A stretch of 29,419 bases of DNA from a virus (Duplodnaviria > Caudoviricetes). A model generated the notes under the pieces. That model worked only from the letters and a program-made list of their open reading frames with translations, was not told the origin of the DNA and did no database searches. Of this stretch, positions 8,669 to 17,770 are shown piece after piece; position 1 is the stretch's first letter; each line of letters starts with the position of its first letter. The position numbers were made by a program, and so were the translations under genes. Location of the stretch: the IMG/VR virus record IMGVR_UViG_3300011338_000265, positions 1 to 29,419 of that record; one strand, 5' to 3'.

Positions 8669-10086
8669 GCATTTTCTTTCCAGAAGACGAGGGGCGCGAA
8701 GTCCCAGAGACAGACTATCAACCGATTTTACGCACCGAGTTGGTAGCGGGCGCAGCGGGGCCAACTGGATCGCAGGGCCAGAAGGGCGACACGGGAAATA
8801 CAGGAGCGGGAGTTATTACAGGCGGACTTACAGGGCAGGTTCTCGCAAAGAAAAGCAATGCGGATTATGATACGCAATGGGTCACAGGTGGCGGCGGAGG
8901 CGGTGCAGCGATATGGGGCGGTATTACCGGCACGCTTTCAAACCAACTCGATCTGCAAGCCGCGTTAGATAACAAGATAGCAGTCGGTGGCGTAACGTGG
9001 GGGAGTATTACAGGAACATTATCCAACCAAACCGACTTGCAAGCTGAACTTGATGCAAAGGCGCTCAAAGTAACAGCGATCACGGCAGGCACAGGGCTAA
9101 CAGGCGGCGGTGATTTTTCGCAGTCGCGTACGATCTCGATGCTGGCAGACGTTCCTGCGGACTCGCTTAATTTCAACACGGCAGCGACCGAAGCGAATGC
9201 TATTGGCAAGATGTTTTGGAATGCAACCGAAGGCGCTCCGCAAGTCGGATTGGCAGGCGGCAATTTGCAGCTTCAAATGGGATCAATGCTTGTTGCCTAC
9301 GTCCGCAATGCCGAGGCAACGACCCTAAATAAGGGCGAAGTTGTTTATCTTTTCGGCGCAACTGGCAACCGCGCCAGCGTCAAACGTGCATCTAACGCAG
9401 CTGACGCAAGTTCATCAAAAACTATCGGCATTGTTGCCGAGAGTATTGGTGCAAATCAAAATGGATTCATCATTACGCAAGGTACGATCGACGGATTATC
9501 GCTAGGGTCGCCGTATGTCGAAGGTGACTCGATTTATCTTGGGAATACACCAGGAACATTTACACGAGTTAAACCGACACAACCCAATCACATTGTTTTT
9601 ATCGGAGTTGTCGAACGCGCCAATGCTGGTAATGGTCAACTTTACATTAGGCCGCAAAATGGGTTTGAGCTTGATGAGTTGCATGATGTTCTAATCACTT
9701 CGCCACAAAATAACCAAACGATCCTTTGGAACTCTGCGGTCACGCTTTGGACTAACCAAACAATTACGATCGGCACGATCAGCGGACTCTCAGCGGATCT
9801 CAGCGAGAAAGTCACATCAGTCGGAGCAACGTCACCCGTTGTTTCGAGCGGGGGGACAACTCCGACTATTTCGATGCCGGTCGCAACTGCGACAACGAAT
9901 GGATACCTTAGCGCAACAGATTGGACTACGTTCAACGCAAAACAGGTGGCAGGGGCTTACGTCACATCGGTAACGAGCGGAATCACGGGCGCAACTCAGC
10001 TCACCAATATGATGCAGATCACGTCCGCTGGATATTCTGCCATCACTTCACCGGCCGCAAACACGCTCTATATTATTGTGGGATGA
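8665..10086 (+). CDS. fibre protein with short collagen-like segment and WGxITGTLSNQxDLQ repeats
   Basis: 473 aa. Contains GAAGPTGSQGQKGDTGNTGAG, the GG.TGQVLAKKSN.DYDT.W motif, an ELDELHDV motif and a C-terminal NTLYII end, all common in phage fibres. Confidence 0.75.
   Translation: MSIFFPEDEGREVPETDYQPILRTELVAGAAGPTGSQGQKGDTGNTGAGVITGGLTGQVLAKKSNADYDTQWVTGGGGGGAAIWGGITGTLSNQLDLQAALDNKIAVGGVTWGSITGTLSNQTDLQAELDAKALKVTAITAGTGLTGGGDFSQSRTISMLADVPADSLNFNTAATEANAIGKMFWNATEGAPQVGLAGGNLQLQMGSMLVAYVRNAEATTLNKGEVVYLFGATGNRASVKRASNAADASSSKTIGIVAESIGANQNGFIITQGTIDGLSLGSPYVEGDSIYLGNTPGTFTRVKPTQPNHIVFIGVVERANAGNGQLYIRPQNGFELDELHDVLITSPQNNQTILWNSAVTLWTNQTITIGTISGLSADLSEKVTSVGATSPVVSSGGTTPTISMPVATATTNGYLSATDWTTFNAKQVAGAYVTSVTSGITGATQLTNMMQITSAGYSAITSPAANTLYIIVG
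8914..9060 (+). repeat. two tandem coding repeats (84-nt period) in the fibre gene
   Basis: WGGITGTLSNQLDLQAALDNK (8914-8976) and WGSITGTLSNQTDLQAELDAK (8998-9060). Confidence 0.8.
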
Positions 10087-10940
10087 TACTGACCGATTCA
10101 ACTGGAGCGAGAGTTCAGGGGTCTACCGTGACGGGAATTATTAGCGTCTCGTCCTCATTTTTGCAGTTTATGCAACACTTGGCGATTATCGTGTCGACTA
10201 ATATTTCAGGAACAATAGGCATTGTAAAAAATGGCATCGGTGGCCTTACATTTTCGGGAGCCTGTGACTACACAGGGCCGACACAAATAAACAACGGGCA
10301 AATAACGATATCAGGAACGGTTGCTTCAACCCTAAACGGCGTAATTAGCGGAACTGGTTATTTAACAAAAACTGGGTCGGGGACTCTTACTCTCGGAGGG
10401 AACAACACTTACTCCGGTGGAACGGTATTTGCACCAAGCTCCGCAACCGCAACAATAACATTTACGTCCGGCAATGCTTTCGGAACAGGGATTTTTACGG
10501 CTCAAGGACAATGCCAAATTATTACAGGCGGTAACGTAACTATTCCAAACAATTTTCAATTAAATTTGGGAACCACGTTTCAATATCGCACGTCCGGAGC
10601 GAATACAATAACGGTTACAGGCAATATCGCTGGTAGCGGAACTATAAACAAAACAGGTAACGGAATACTTAATTTAACTGCGTCAACGCTGACTTACACC
10701 GGATCAACAACGCGAACCTCTGGTTCGATCTTGGCGTCGAAAACCAATGGAGCATCAACGGCGACCGCAACATTTGGAGCCGGTCTTTCAGTTTCTTTTA
10801 ATGTTCCGCCAACCGCAGGCATGACATTTCGTTTTTTCCAAGGGACAACGACTAATACCTACGCATCTGTAACTTTGGTTGGTGCTCCAGGCAGAACGGG
10901 AGTTTACACGTCTGCAACGTCAACTCTCACAATAGCATGA
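10083..10940 (+). CDS. fibre/adhesin-like protein with autotransporter-associated beta-strand repeats (PATR)
   Basis: Start re-assigned to ATG 10083 (ATGA overlap). Three repeats: IVKNGIGGLTFSGACDYTGPT, LTKTGSGTLTLGGNNTYSGGT, INKTGNGILNLTASTLTYTGST. Confidence 0.78.
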   Translation: MILTDSTGARVQGSTVTGIISVSSSFLQFMQHLAIIVSTNISGTIGIVKNGIGGLTFSGACDYTGPTQINNGQITISGTVASTLNGVISGTGYLTKTGSGTLTLGGNNTYSGGTVFAPSSATATITFTSGNAFGTGIFTAQGQCQIITGGNVTIPNNFQLNLGTTFQYRTSGANTITVTGNIAGSGTINKTGNGILNLTASTLTYTGSTTRTSGSILASKTNGASTATATFGAGLSVSFNVPPTAGMTFRFFQGTTTNTYASVTLVGAPGRTGVYTSATSTLTIA

Positions 10941-11188
10941 TAATTCAACCGAACGATCAGGGCTGGGCATTCGACGAGTCAACCGCATGGAAACTCGTTT
11001 ACGATGAGAGCACGATCATCTTTTTCGACGAAACAGAAAAAGCTATCTCGACGCAAAGCGTATTGTTTGTAGGAACAAAAGACGAATGCGATGCAGAGAT
11101 TGCGCGGCTTGGGCTTGTTGACGTTACCGCCCAAGGGAATGATAACGGACTCGACATACACTCTGACGCTGGAGAAGGCGCTTACTGA
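10937..11188 (+). CDS. hypothetical protein (83 aa)
   Basis: ATGA-coupled to the upstream gene; its 3' end overlaps the next gene by 50 nt. Confidence 0.55.
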   Translation: MIIQPNDQGWAFDESTAWKLVYDESTIIFFDETEKAISTQSVLFVGTKDECDAEIARLGLVDVTAQGNDNGLDIHSDAGEGAY

Positions 11189-11585
11189 TACTTTCGTCCT
11201 TGCGCTTCAGCAAGAGATGCAGGGCGCCTTGGTGGTAACAGCAGCGGAGAACTTCGGAACGATGACATTGCCAGCGTGCTTCGTGAAATGCACAAGACAG
11301 CGGGAGAGCATTATCGACTCCGCCATTTTCCAATTCAGCGTCGATATAGCATTGATCGTGCAGGCTGACGATATGGATCAAATGGCAATGGAAAATTTGT
11401 GGTCACAGGTGCTCTGTATTTCGCATGATATTGCCGACCTCAAGGTAAAGTTACACGCCGTGCGCCCGCAATATGCTTTCGTTTTCGGCCTCCTTCGGGA
11501 CGGACCGGTATCGCTTTCGCCAAACGAGCGTCATTTTGAACGCTCCGTTACGATCACCGTCCACGCCGCGCTTTTCGCGAGTTGA
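11139..11585 (+). CDS. putative tail terminator/completion protein
   Basis: Start re-assigned to ATG 11139 (TTGACG-N15-ATG). Size about 148 aa, LPACFV motif, position just before the tail tube gene. Confidence 0.6.
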   Translation: MITDSTYTLTLEKALTDTFVLALQQEMQGALVVTAAENFGTMTLPACFVKCTRQRESIIDSAIFQFSVDIALIVQADDMDQMAMENLWSQVLCISHDIADLKVKLHAVRPQYAFVFGLLRDGPVSLSPNERHFERSVTITVHAALFAS

Positions 11586-11603
11586 CAATTTTCGCGAATT
11601 ACT

Positions 11604-11969
11604 ATGCCAGCAACTGTCATCACATCATCCGTAGCGTCCGGCGTTGAGTTCGGACTCCTTCAAGAAACTGGGCTTTTGCTCAACTCCTTCTCGCGCTCCG
11701 TTCAGAGCGATAAAGCAACCGTAATGGACGCTCTCGGCGATACCGTCGCAGTTGCGTATTTCAACAAGTCCGCCACGATCTCGCTCGATGGCGTCATCAA
11801 CGGCGGCGTTGCCTACGAACTCGCCAACGTCCTTACGCTCGCCAACGATACGACATCATACGGCGTTTCCGGCGGTGCAGTTATCGTCGATTCCGTTTCC
11901 GAAAAGACAGGCGCTGGCACGTTCAAGACCATCACCGTTTCCGCGACTCAGTATCCCGAGATCGTCTAA
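11604..11969 (+). CDS. major tail tube protein
   Basis: 121 aa, beta-rich, high-expression codon bias, followed by a terminator and tail chaperone genes. No sheath gene is present. Confidence 0.7.
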   Translation: MPATVITSSVASGVEFGLLQETGLLLNSFSRSVQSDKATVMDALGDTVAVAYFNKSATISLDGVINGGVAYELANVLTLANDTTSYGVSGGAVIVDSVSEKTGAGTFKTITVSATQYPEIV

Positions 11970-11989
11970 CAACCCTGGCTCATGCCGCT

Positions 11990-12021
11990 GGCTCCCCGGC
12001 TAAAGGGAGCCGCCTTTTTTT
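11990..12021 (+). terminator. Rho-independent terminator after the tail tube gene
   Basis: GGCTCCC-N8-GGGAGCC stem, then GCC and a T7 run. Confidence 0.7.
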
Positions 12022-12027
12022 AAATAT

Positions 12028-12426
12028 ATGGACGCAAACAAGAAATTCTTTCACACGATCAACCTAAAATCCGCCGTCGCACTCGCGACAATGGGCTTTA
12101 AAATGAACTTTCCACCTGTCACTCGACTGGTTCGCACCGACGGCAAAGAGTCAACGGAGTTTTGGTTTGAAGGCGAAAACGACAAGGGCCAAGATGCTTC
12201 GCAGGTTTATCGCCAGATGACGAAAGATGGGGATGAGCTAGAAGCAAAAGACCCAGAGAATCCGCTCTGCTACATCCGCGCTGCATTGGCAAACCGCGAC
12301 GTTCTTGTGGACATCATCCGCAACACTCCGCGCCTGATCGAGATCGAGCACAACGGCAAGCGCATTGCCATTTCGGAGAACGCTTCCGACAAGACCAAGC
12401 AAGAGATGACCAGATTTTTAAAATAA
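12028..12426 (+). CDS. hypothetical protein (DUF5659-like N-terminus)
   Basis: 132 aa; FHTINLKSAVALATMGF resembles the T.DL..AA.L...GF pattern. TAATG-coupled to the next gene. Confidence 0.55.
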   Translation: MDANKKFFHTINLKSAVALATMGFKMNFPPVTRLVRTDGKESTEFWFEGENDKGQDASQVYRQMTKDGDELEAKDPENPLCYIRAALANRDVLVDIIRNTPRLIEIEHNGKRIAISENASDKTKQEMTRFLK

Positions 12427-12821
12427 TGAAAAAGACACAAAACACAGACCTAGTAAAAGACGACGAAATTCTCCGCATCCAAGCAATGGAGGACGGCCCG
12501 AAGAAAGTGAACGGACGCATCCTGCGGCCGATTACGGCGCTTACAATTTCTTGGATGCAACGCAACGAGATTTTCAGCGGCAACATGGATCTCGTATGGA
12601 AAGCAGCGGCCTTTGCATTCTTGCACAGCGAGCCTACAAGCGCGATTCGTTCTGTCGTCAATGACAAGGAAGCATTCGTTAACGCTGTCGATTCTTGGAT
12701 TGAAAAGAATATGGCGCATCATCTTGAAGTCGGCGCCATGTCGGACGCAATGAACTCCGCTTTCGAGCTTTACAACGCATCGGCGACAGAAGCTAAGGCG
12801 GGATCGGGAAGCCCAAACTAA
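12426..12821 (+). CDS. tail assembly chaperone (gpG-like)
   Basis: 131 aa between tail tube and TMP; ends in the slippery heptamer C CCA AAC directly before TAA. Confidence 0.72.
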   Translation: MKKTQNTDLVKDDEILRIQAMEDGPKKVNGRILRPITALTISWMQRNEIFSGNMDLVWKAAAFAFLHSEPTSAIRSVVNDKEAFVNAVDSWIEKNMAHHLEVGAMSDAMNSAFELYNASATEAKAGSGSPN

Positions 12822-13069
12822 ATAGCCCCAACTGGCTCGCAGCTTACGTTTTTAGACTCGTTAAGCTGACCGGCTGGGGCTTCGTTCACATTCTTGAAGA
12901 GCTTCCGTTCGCGGCAGGCTTGCAGTTGCTCCAGGCTGACGACTACACAAATGGAATCCACAGGCCTTGGTCGCGGAACAACGCCAGCGTTGATATTGAC
13001 GCTCTCGCCACTATTGAAGATACCCTAGCTAAATATGGCAAAATTCAAATTCGAGAGTGTGAAGTTTGA
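12812..13069 (+). CDS. -1 frameshift extension of the tail chaperone (gpT-like part of gpGT); absent from the ORF track
   Basis: The -1 frame is open from CCCAAAC (12812-12818) to TGA 13067-13069 and has no ATG: LNSPNWLAAYVFRLVKLTGWGFVHILEELPFAAGLQLL...ECEV. Confidence 0.75.
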   Translation, partial: PKLNSPNWLAAYVFRLVKLTGWGFVHILEELPFAAGLQLLQADDYTNGIHRPWSRNNASVDIDALATIEDTLAKYGKIQIRECEV

Positions 13070-13835
13070 GCAGATCATGAGGGACTACGCTGAGATCCGC
13101 GAGGTCACGATTCCTGACGCCGTCATGCTCAACGCTCGCTTGCTTTGCGTGGAGTTGGCGAGGCGCACGCAGCCGTTCGGAGATGAGCAAACAGCCGGGA
13201 CAACTCGCGTAAAGAATGACATCGGGAAGATTATTAAAAACACAAATCAACTTGACGAATACGCTGATAGAGTTGGATCACAAAAGATCAAGGCACGGCT
13301 CAAGGTTTTGATAAAAAGCGGTAGATTTGATATTGTTGAGATTATTCTTCGCAACATCGGTTTTTTGAACAAGTGGACAGGGATGGAAGTTATTGATGCG
13401 AGCAAAATTAAATCCGTGCATAACGAGGCTCGCAATAAAACAACAGGCCGCACAAAGTCACGAGGGTCAAAGTTATTTATTGCGTCCGTTTCGGATCAAG
13501 AGACATACATTGCAGAGGTTCAAAAGAGAGTTGGTATGTCGAAAGGCGGATGGGCAAATTGTGCCACGCAATTAAAAATGGTAAATAAAGGCTCATTGTT
13601 AAGCACCTTCCCTAAGTGGGTAATAAAGGCGATGAAATCGGGGTCTGGATCAGTTCAAGACATGACATCAGACTTAAAAAACCCAAGAGTTGAGATGACA
13701 AACAATATTCCATGGGCAAGCAATGTCATTCCAAAGAGTGAAGAAGAATTTGCCAAAGCCGTCGTCGTTACAAAAATGAAAAAGCAACTAGAAGCCATCC
13801 TAAAAAAGAGACAAAAAACCACAAAAGAAACATAA
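13035..13835 (+). CDS. basic tail/neck protein (HK97 gp10-like, tentative)
   Basis: 266 aa, Lys-rich, with ELARRTQP, VG.SKGGW and MTNNIPWA motifs reminiscent of gp10-like proteins. Confidence 0.55.
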   Translation: MAKFKFESVKFEQIMRDYAEIREVTIPDAVMLNARLLCVELARRTQPFGDEQTAGTTRVKNDIGKIIKNTNQLDEYADRVGSQKIKARLKVLIKSGRFDIVEIILRNIGFLNKWTGMEVIDASKIKSVHNEARNKTTGRTKSRGSKLFIASVSDQETYIAEVQKRVGMSKGGWANCATQLKMVNKGSLLSTFPKWVIKAMKSGSGSVQDMTSDLKNPRVEMTNNIPWASNVIPKSEEEFAKAVVVTKMKKQLEAILKKRQKTTKET

Positions 13836-13839
13836 CGAC

Positions 13840-16392
13840 ATGGAAGACGTAACCGTAGAATTTGGCGCAACCGACACAGGGCTTGAGAAAACACTCAAGG
13901 CCGTTCAAGACGAGCTTACTAATCTAAAGGGGAAAGTATCGAGCGGCGAGCTTTCCATGACCGAACTCGAAAGCACGATGAAGCGCATCGGCCAGGTCGA
14001 GAGCATGGAGAAAAGGATTAAGGCAATAGGAGATCAGTCCACAGCGACATCGCCAAATGTCGAAAAACTTAATTCTGATATCAAAAAAACTGGGGATAAT
14101 TCCGAAGACGCTGGGAAAAAAAGCAAAACAGGATTTGGCGAAATAGCAATAGGCGCAGGAATTGCGGGCGCAGCGGTTAAACTTGGAACAGCGGCTATTG
14201 ACGCCGCATTTGCCGCTGCACAGAAGACCGTGCAGAGCTTTGGGGATGCGTTGAATATGGGTGGCAGGCTTGCAGAGCTTTCAGACCGCACGGGCGTTGC
14301 TGTCGATAAAGTATTGATTTTAGAGCGAGCATTCCAAAACACGGGAGTCGGAGCCGATTCGCTTGGCCCTATCCTAAACAAGATGCAAAAGGCGATTGTG
14401 GATGCTGGCGATGGCAGCAGCAAGGCCGCAGACGCATTTACTCAATTAGGTATCCCGCTTTCTACTCTTCAAAACCTATCACCAGATGAGCAACTTGAAG
14501 CCATAGGCAAAGCTATCGCTGGCATTCCAGACCCAGCGGAGCGTGCAGCCGTCTCGATGGAGATATTCGGTGAATCTGGCGTGGCATTGAACCAAGTATT
14601 TGCAAATATGGATGGCGAGATTGAGACGGCAAAGGCTCAACTCGGATCGTTGCCAGAAGTGATGAAGGCCGGAGCTGCTCAGTTTGATAAAATTAGCGAT
14701 AACCTAACCGTTATTGGTGGTAAATTCGTTGAATTTGCGGCTGGAATTATTGACAAAGTAAAGCCTGCACTCGATGCACTAACAACAGCATTAACTCGAA
14801 TTGACGCTACAAAACTAGGTCAAGACCTAGCTGGGTTCTTTACTGGGGCTGGTGCAGGAATGCAGGGATTCCAAGCAGCCGTGGATGCGATTGATGCTGG
14901 GGAAATGGGAACGGCATTTAAAATCGTTGCACAAGCAATACAGATTCAATTCAAGGAAACAGGGAATAGTATTTATGCAAGCATGGTTGCCGCATTTAAA
15001 ACAACCGGTGATTTCATAATGGATCAGTTTAGTTCAACTGGGCCGCTTGTTGCTTTGTTCCAAGATTTCGGGAATTTGATTTCTGGATATATATCAGAAA
15101 AATTGTATTTAGTTATGGCTGATTTTATGGATGCCATAGGAAAGTCTGGAATGGCTGATACATTTAGGTATCAAGCCGAGACATCTGCAAATGAAGTAAA
15201 AACAGCTCTTGATGCAATTCCAATTCACGCGGAGTTGACCGCTGAAAAAGCTGGCGAATCGATGGGGAACATACCTGAGAGTTTCAAAGCGAATATGGAA
15301 GGTGTTCCGCCTTTATTTACAGGAATTGAAGAGCATCAGGCAGAGATAGACCGGTTGACTCAAGGAATCACAACTTCACAAACTGCGCAAACTTCCGCTG
15401 TTGATGATACAACAAAAGCTCAAGCGGCGGCAGAGCAAGAGGCTCGCAAGTATTTCGACGAGTATCAAAAAGGACAGGCAAAAGCAGCTGAAGTCGATGC
15501 AGAAAAAGCCGCAAAACAAGCCGAACAAAATGCTCTAAAGCAACAAGAACTTGCATTTCAGCTTGAGATAGCCCAAGCGCAAGCCGCTGGCGATACAGAG
15601 CGAGTCGCCGCTTTGCAGGAAAGCAAAAAATACGCCGAGGATGTTCAGAAAGCCTTGGCTGCGGGGTTTGATAAAGAACAAGCCGCTGTATTTGCAACCA
15701 ACATGGCAATCGCCGCAAACAATTCAAAAAATATTGTTTATAAAGACAAAGAAGGGAATCCGTTGTTTTTTGAAGCGGCAAAAAAGGCGGCTGAAATGGC
15801 AAAAGATCTTGGTTCTGCCGTTGGATTTTCAAAGACGCTTTCAAATATGAAAGAAATTGAGGCCTTGAATAAAGCAAGCAATTCAGCGAAAGCAGCACGC
15901 GAAGAATTGAAAGCAATGGACAAATTGCTTGGAACCGATTTCGCGCAAAAAAGTTTCCCTGACCTAGCAAAAAAATTAGGAGTCGATAAAATTGGTCAAA
16001 CCGGCCAAGAGCAAATTGAGGCAGTTGTCCGTAAAATGAATGAAATTAAAAAGGATCTTGCAGCGAATCCGATTTCAGGCGAAAAGGGGCAAGAATCTAT
16101 TCGTGAAATCGTTAAATACTTAGGAGGTAATCCACTTAACGCAAAACTTTTAGTTGATTATACGCAAGCAAAAAATTCAACTGATACTGCATTTTCAAAA
16201 GTCGAAGCAAAGCTGGATGCGGAAAAGTCCGTGAGTGGTATTCGCGACTCTGTCAAAGACGGCATCGAGCTTGATGTGGCCGCGAAGTCGGGCGCAACCG
16301 GATTGCTTGAAACAATAAAGGGCTTCGTAGAAACGATCAAAACCACCGTCGAAACACTTGAGAAAAAACTCCCTGTCGCAGCATTAATTTAA
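13840..16392 (+). CDS. tail tape measure protein
   Basis: 850 aa, Ala-rich helical, with LSDRTGV, AF.QLGI, L..LSPDEQ and AMEIFG-like TMP core motifs. Confidence 0.9.
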   Translation: MEDVTVEFGATDTGLEKTLKAVQDELTNLKGKVSSGELSMTELESTMKRIGQVESMEKRIKAIGDQSTATSPNVEKLNSDIKKTGDNSEDAGKKSKTGFGEIAIGAGIAGAAVKLGTAAIDAAFAAAQKTVQSFGDALNMGGRLAELSDRTGVAVDKVLILERAFQNTGVGADSLGPILNKMQKAIVDAGDGSSKAADAFTQLGIPLSTLQNLSPDEQLEAIGKAIAGIPDPAERAAVSMEIFGESGVALNQVFANMDGEIETAKAQLGSLPEVMKAGAAQFDKISDNLTVIGGKFVEFAAGIIDKVKPALDALTTALTRIDATKLGQDLAGFFTGAGAGMQGFQAAVDAIDAGEMGTAFKIVAQAIQIQFKETGNSIYASMVAAFKTTGDFIMDQFSSTGPLVALFQDFGNLISGYISEKLYLVMADFMDAIGKSGMADTFRYQAETSANEVKTALDAIPIHAELTAEKAGESMGNIPESFKANMEGVPPLFTGIEEHQAEIDRLTQGITTSQTAQTSAVDDTTKAQAAAEQEARKYFDEYQKGQAKAAEVDAEKAAKQAEQNALKQQELAFQLEIAQAQAAGDTERVAALQESKKYAEDVQKALAAGFDKEQAAVFATNMAIAANNSKNIVYKDKEGNPLFFEAAKKAAEMAKDLGSAVGFSKTLSNMKEIEALNKASNSAKAAREELKAMDKLLGTDFAQKSFPDLAKKLGVDKIGQTGQEQIEAVVRKMNEIKKDLAANPISGEKGQESIREIVKYLGGNPLNAKLLVDYTQAKNSTDTAFSKVEAKLDAEKSVSGIRDSVKDGIELDVAAKSGATGLLETIKGFVETIKTTVETLEKKLPVAALI

Positions 16393-16393
16393 T

Positions 16394-17440
16394 ATGAGCT
16401 ACATACATTACGGAAAAGATGGCTGGATCCTGCAACCCAATCGGAAAATCACAAATTGGGCGTCAGGGCTTTGCATGATCGAAGAGGATTACATTTGTGC
16501 AAACAAAAACGTTGACTACAACTATTTTCAAGTCGGCAACTTAATTGAAGATTCAACTCCATGTATCGACGGAGCTTATATTTTTACGGCTCCAAAATAC
16601 ACCGACATGGGAAATGGATTCATAAAAGCGACGATTACGGCTTATGGACGGAGCAACGCAAACGGCTCGGTAGATAGCGTTGCTGGGCCGTCAACGATTG
16701 GGTTTTACGTTCATGAAGCGTCGTATGATCCGCTTCAAAATTATGTTGTAGTCGAGGAGATAGGATTAGGATCAATACCAGTTGTAAAATCATTACCTAT
16801 CATAAAAAAAGTAATTCCTAAAAACTCATTTCCACCTAGTGAGGTTCCGGTTGGAACGGTCGGTATATTCGATACCGAGGGAAATGATATTGCAGAAAAG
16901 GTTTTTAAACCTTCGGATTTTAATTCTGTTTATAATATTACGCCAAGCAATTTTCACGGCGATTTTTCTGGAGTTAAACTAAATAACAGCTTCCAAATAT
17001 CAAGATTTGACTCAGTTAATTTCGGCAATTTCAATGAATTAACGATGCAATATATTGACGCGACAGGAAAACAATATATTCCGGCGATCGACGTCCCGTT
17101 TTACAGGAAGCAGGCTCCAAGTTTTCGTCAATTCAATTCTGCCGCCACGAGTGGAATGGATGTAATTTATTTCGATGTGCAAGAGTCTATTGTGGCTCCT
17201 GGAAATTATTTGCTGGAAACAGCAACGCTAACCGCGTTGGAATTAAATAATGCAAAAGAGATTTCAGTTTCAGTTACCGATCAAACGAATACGACAATAT
17301 TTTCAAGTGTATTTTCCAGCGTCAGCGTATTGCAAAATTTAGGCGCATTGTCTAATGGGATATATATAGTCGAACTTTTTGCCACAAACGAATACGGTAA
17401 AACAATGGGGGGAGGATCATTTGAAATTCCGCTTGTATGA
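16394..17440 (+). CDS. putative tail-tip (distal tail/hub) protein
   Basis: 348 aa immediately after the TMP; beta-rich with an Ig-like C-terminal end. Function inferred from position. Confidence 0.55.
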   Translation: MSYIHYGKDGWILQPNRKITNWASGLCMIEEDYICANKNVDYNYFQVGNLIEDSTPCIDGAYIFTAPKYTDMGNGFIKATITAYGRSNANGSVDSVAGPSTIGFYVHEASYDPLQNYVVVEEIGLGSIPVVKSLPIIKKVIPKNSFPPSEVPVGTVGIFDTEGNDIAEKVFKPSDFNSVYNITPSNFHGDFSGVKLNNSFQISRFDSVNFGNFNELTMQYIDATGKQYIPAIDVPFYRKQAPSFRQFNSAATSGMDVIYFDVQESIVAPGNYLLETATLTALELNNAKEISVSVTDQTNTTIFSSVFSSVSVLQNLGALSNGIYIVELFATNEYGKTMGGGSFEIPLV

Positions 17441-17769
17441 GTGACGATCCTCCAATCAATTTCGACGATCTAGTTAAGGCATCTAAAAAGTCCACGTATG
17501 ATGGATATCCATATCAATTAAGCTCAAAAGATTTGATGCGCAACTTTGTATTTGCGACATTACACGTTGACCCAGATTACATCGAAACGGCTCAAGGGCT
17601 GGGGGGATATCCGGCGCGAAAACTGAAATTCCCACCAATACCATCAGATCAATCCGTTTTAATCGCAATAGATGGCGCTCCTAGATGGCTGTCCGCTCCG
17701 ACCGCAGGGACATATGTATTAGGCGCGATAAGTGGATCGCTTAGTTGGATATCAACCGAGGAATGCTAA
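17437..17769 (+). CDS. hypothetical tail-region protein (110 aa)
   Basis: ATGA-coupled; ends PTAGTYVLGAISGSLSWISTEEC. Confidence 0.6.
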   Translation: MSDDPPINFDDLVKASKKSTYDGYPYQLSSKDLMRNFVFATLHVDPDYIETAQGLGGYPARKLKFPPIPSDQSVLIAIDGAPRWLSAPTAGTYVLGAISGSLSWISTEEC

Positions 17770-17770
17770 A

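Noticed and set aside
8665-10940. Possible diversity-generating retroelement target in the fibre genes
   Set aside because: No reverse transcriptase and no template/variable repeat pair differing at adenines was seen in the window.
14750-14776. TTGACA-N18-ATG inside the tape measure gene
   Set aside because: The ATG at 14774 is out of frame with the TMP and opens no substantial ORF; treated as chance.
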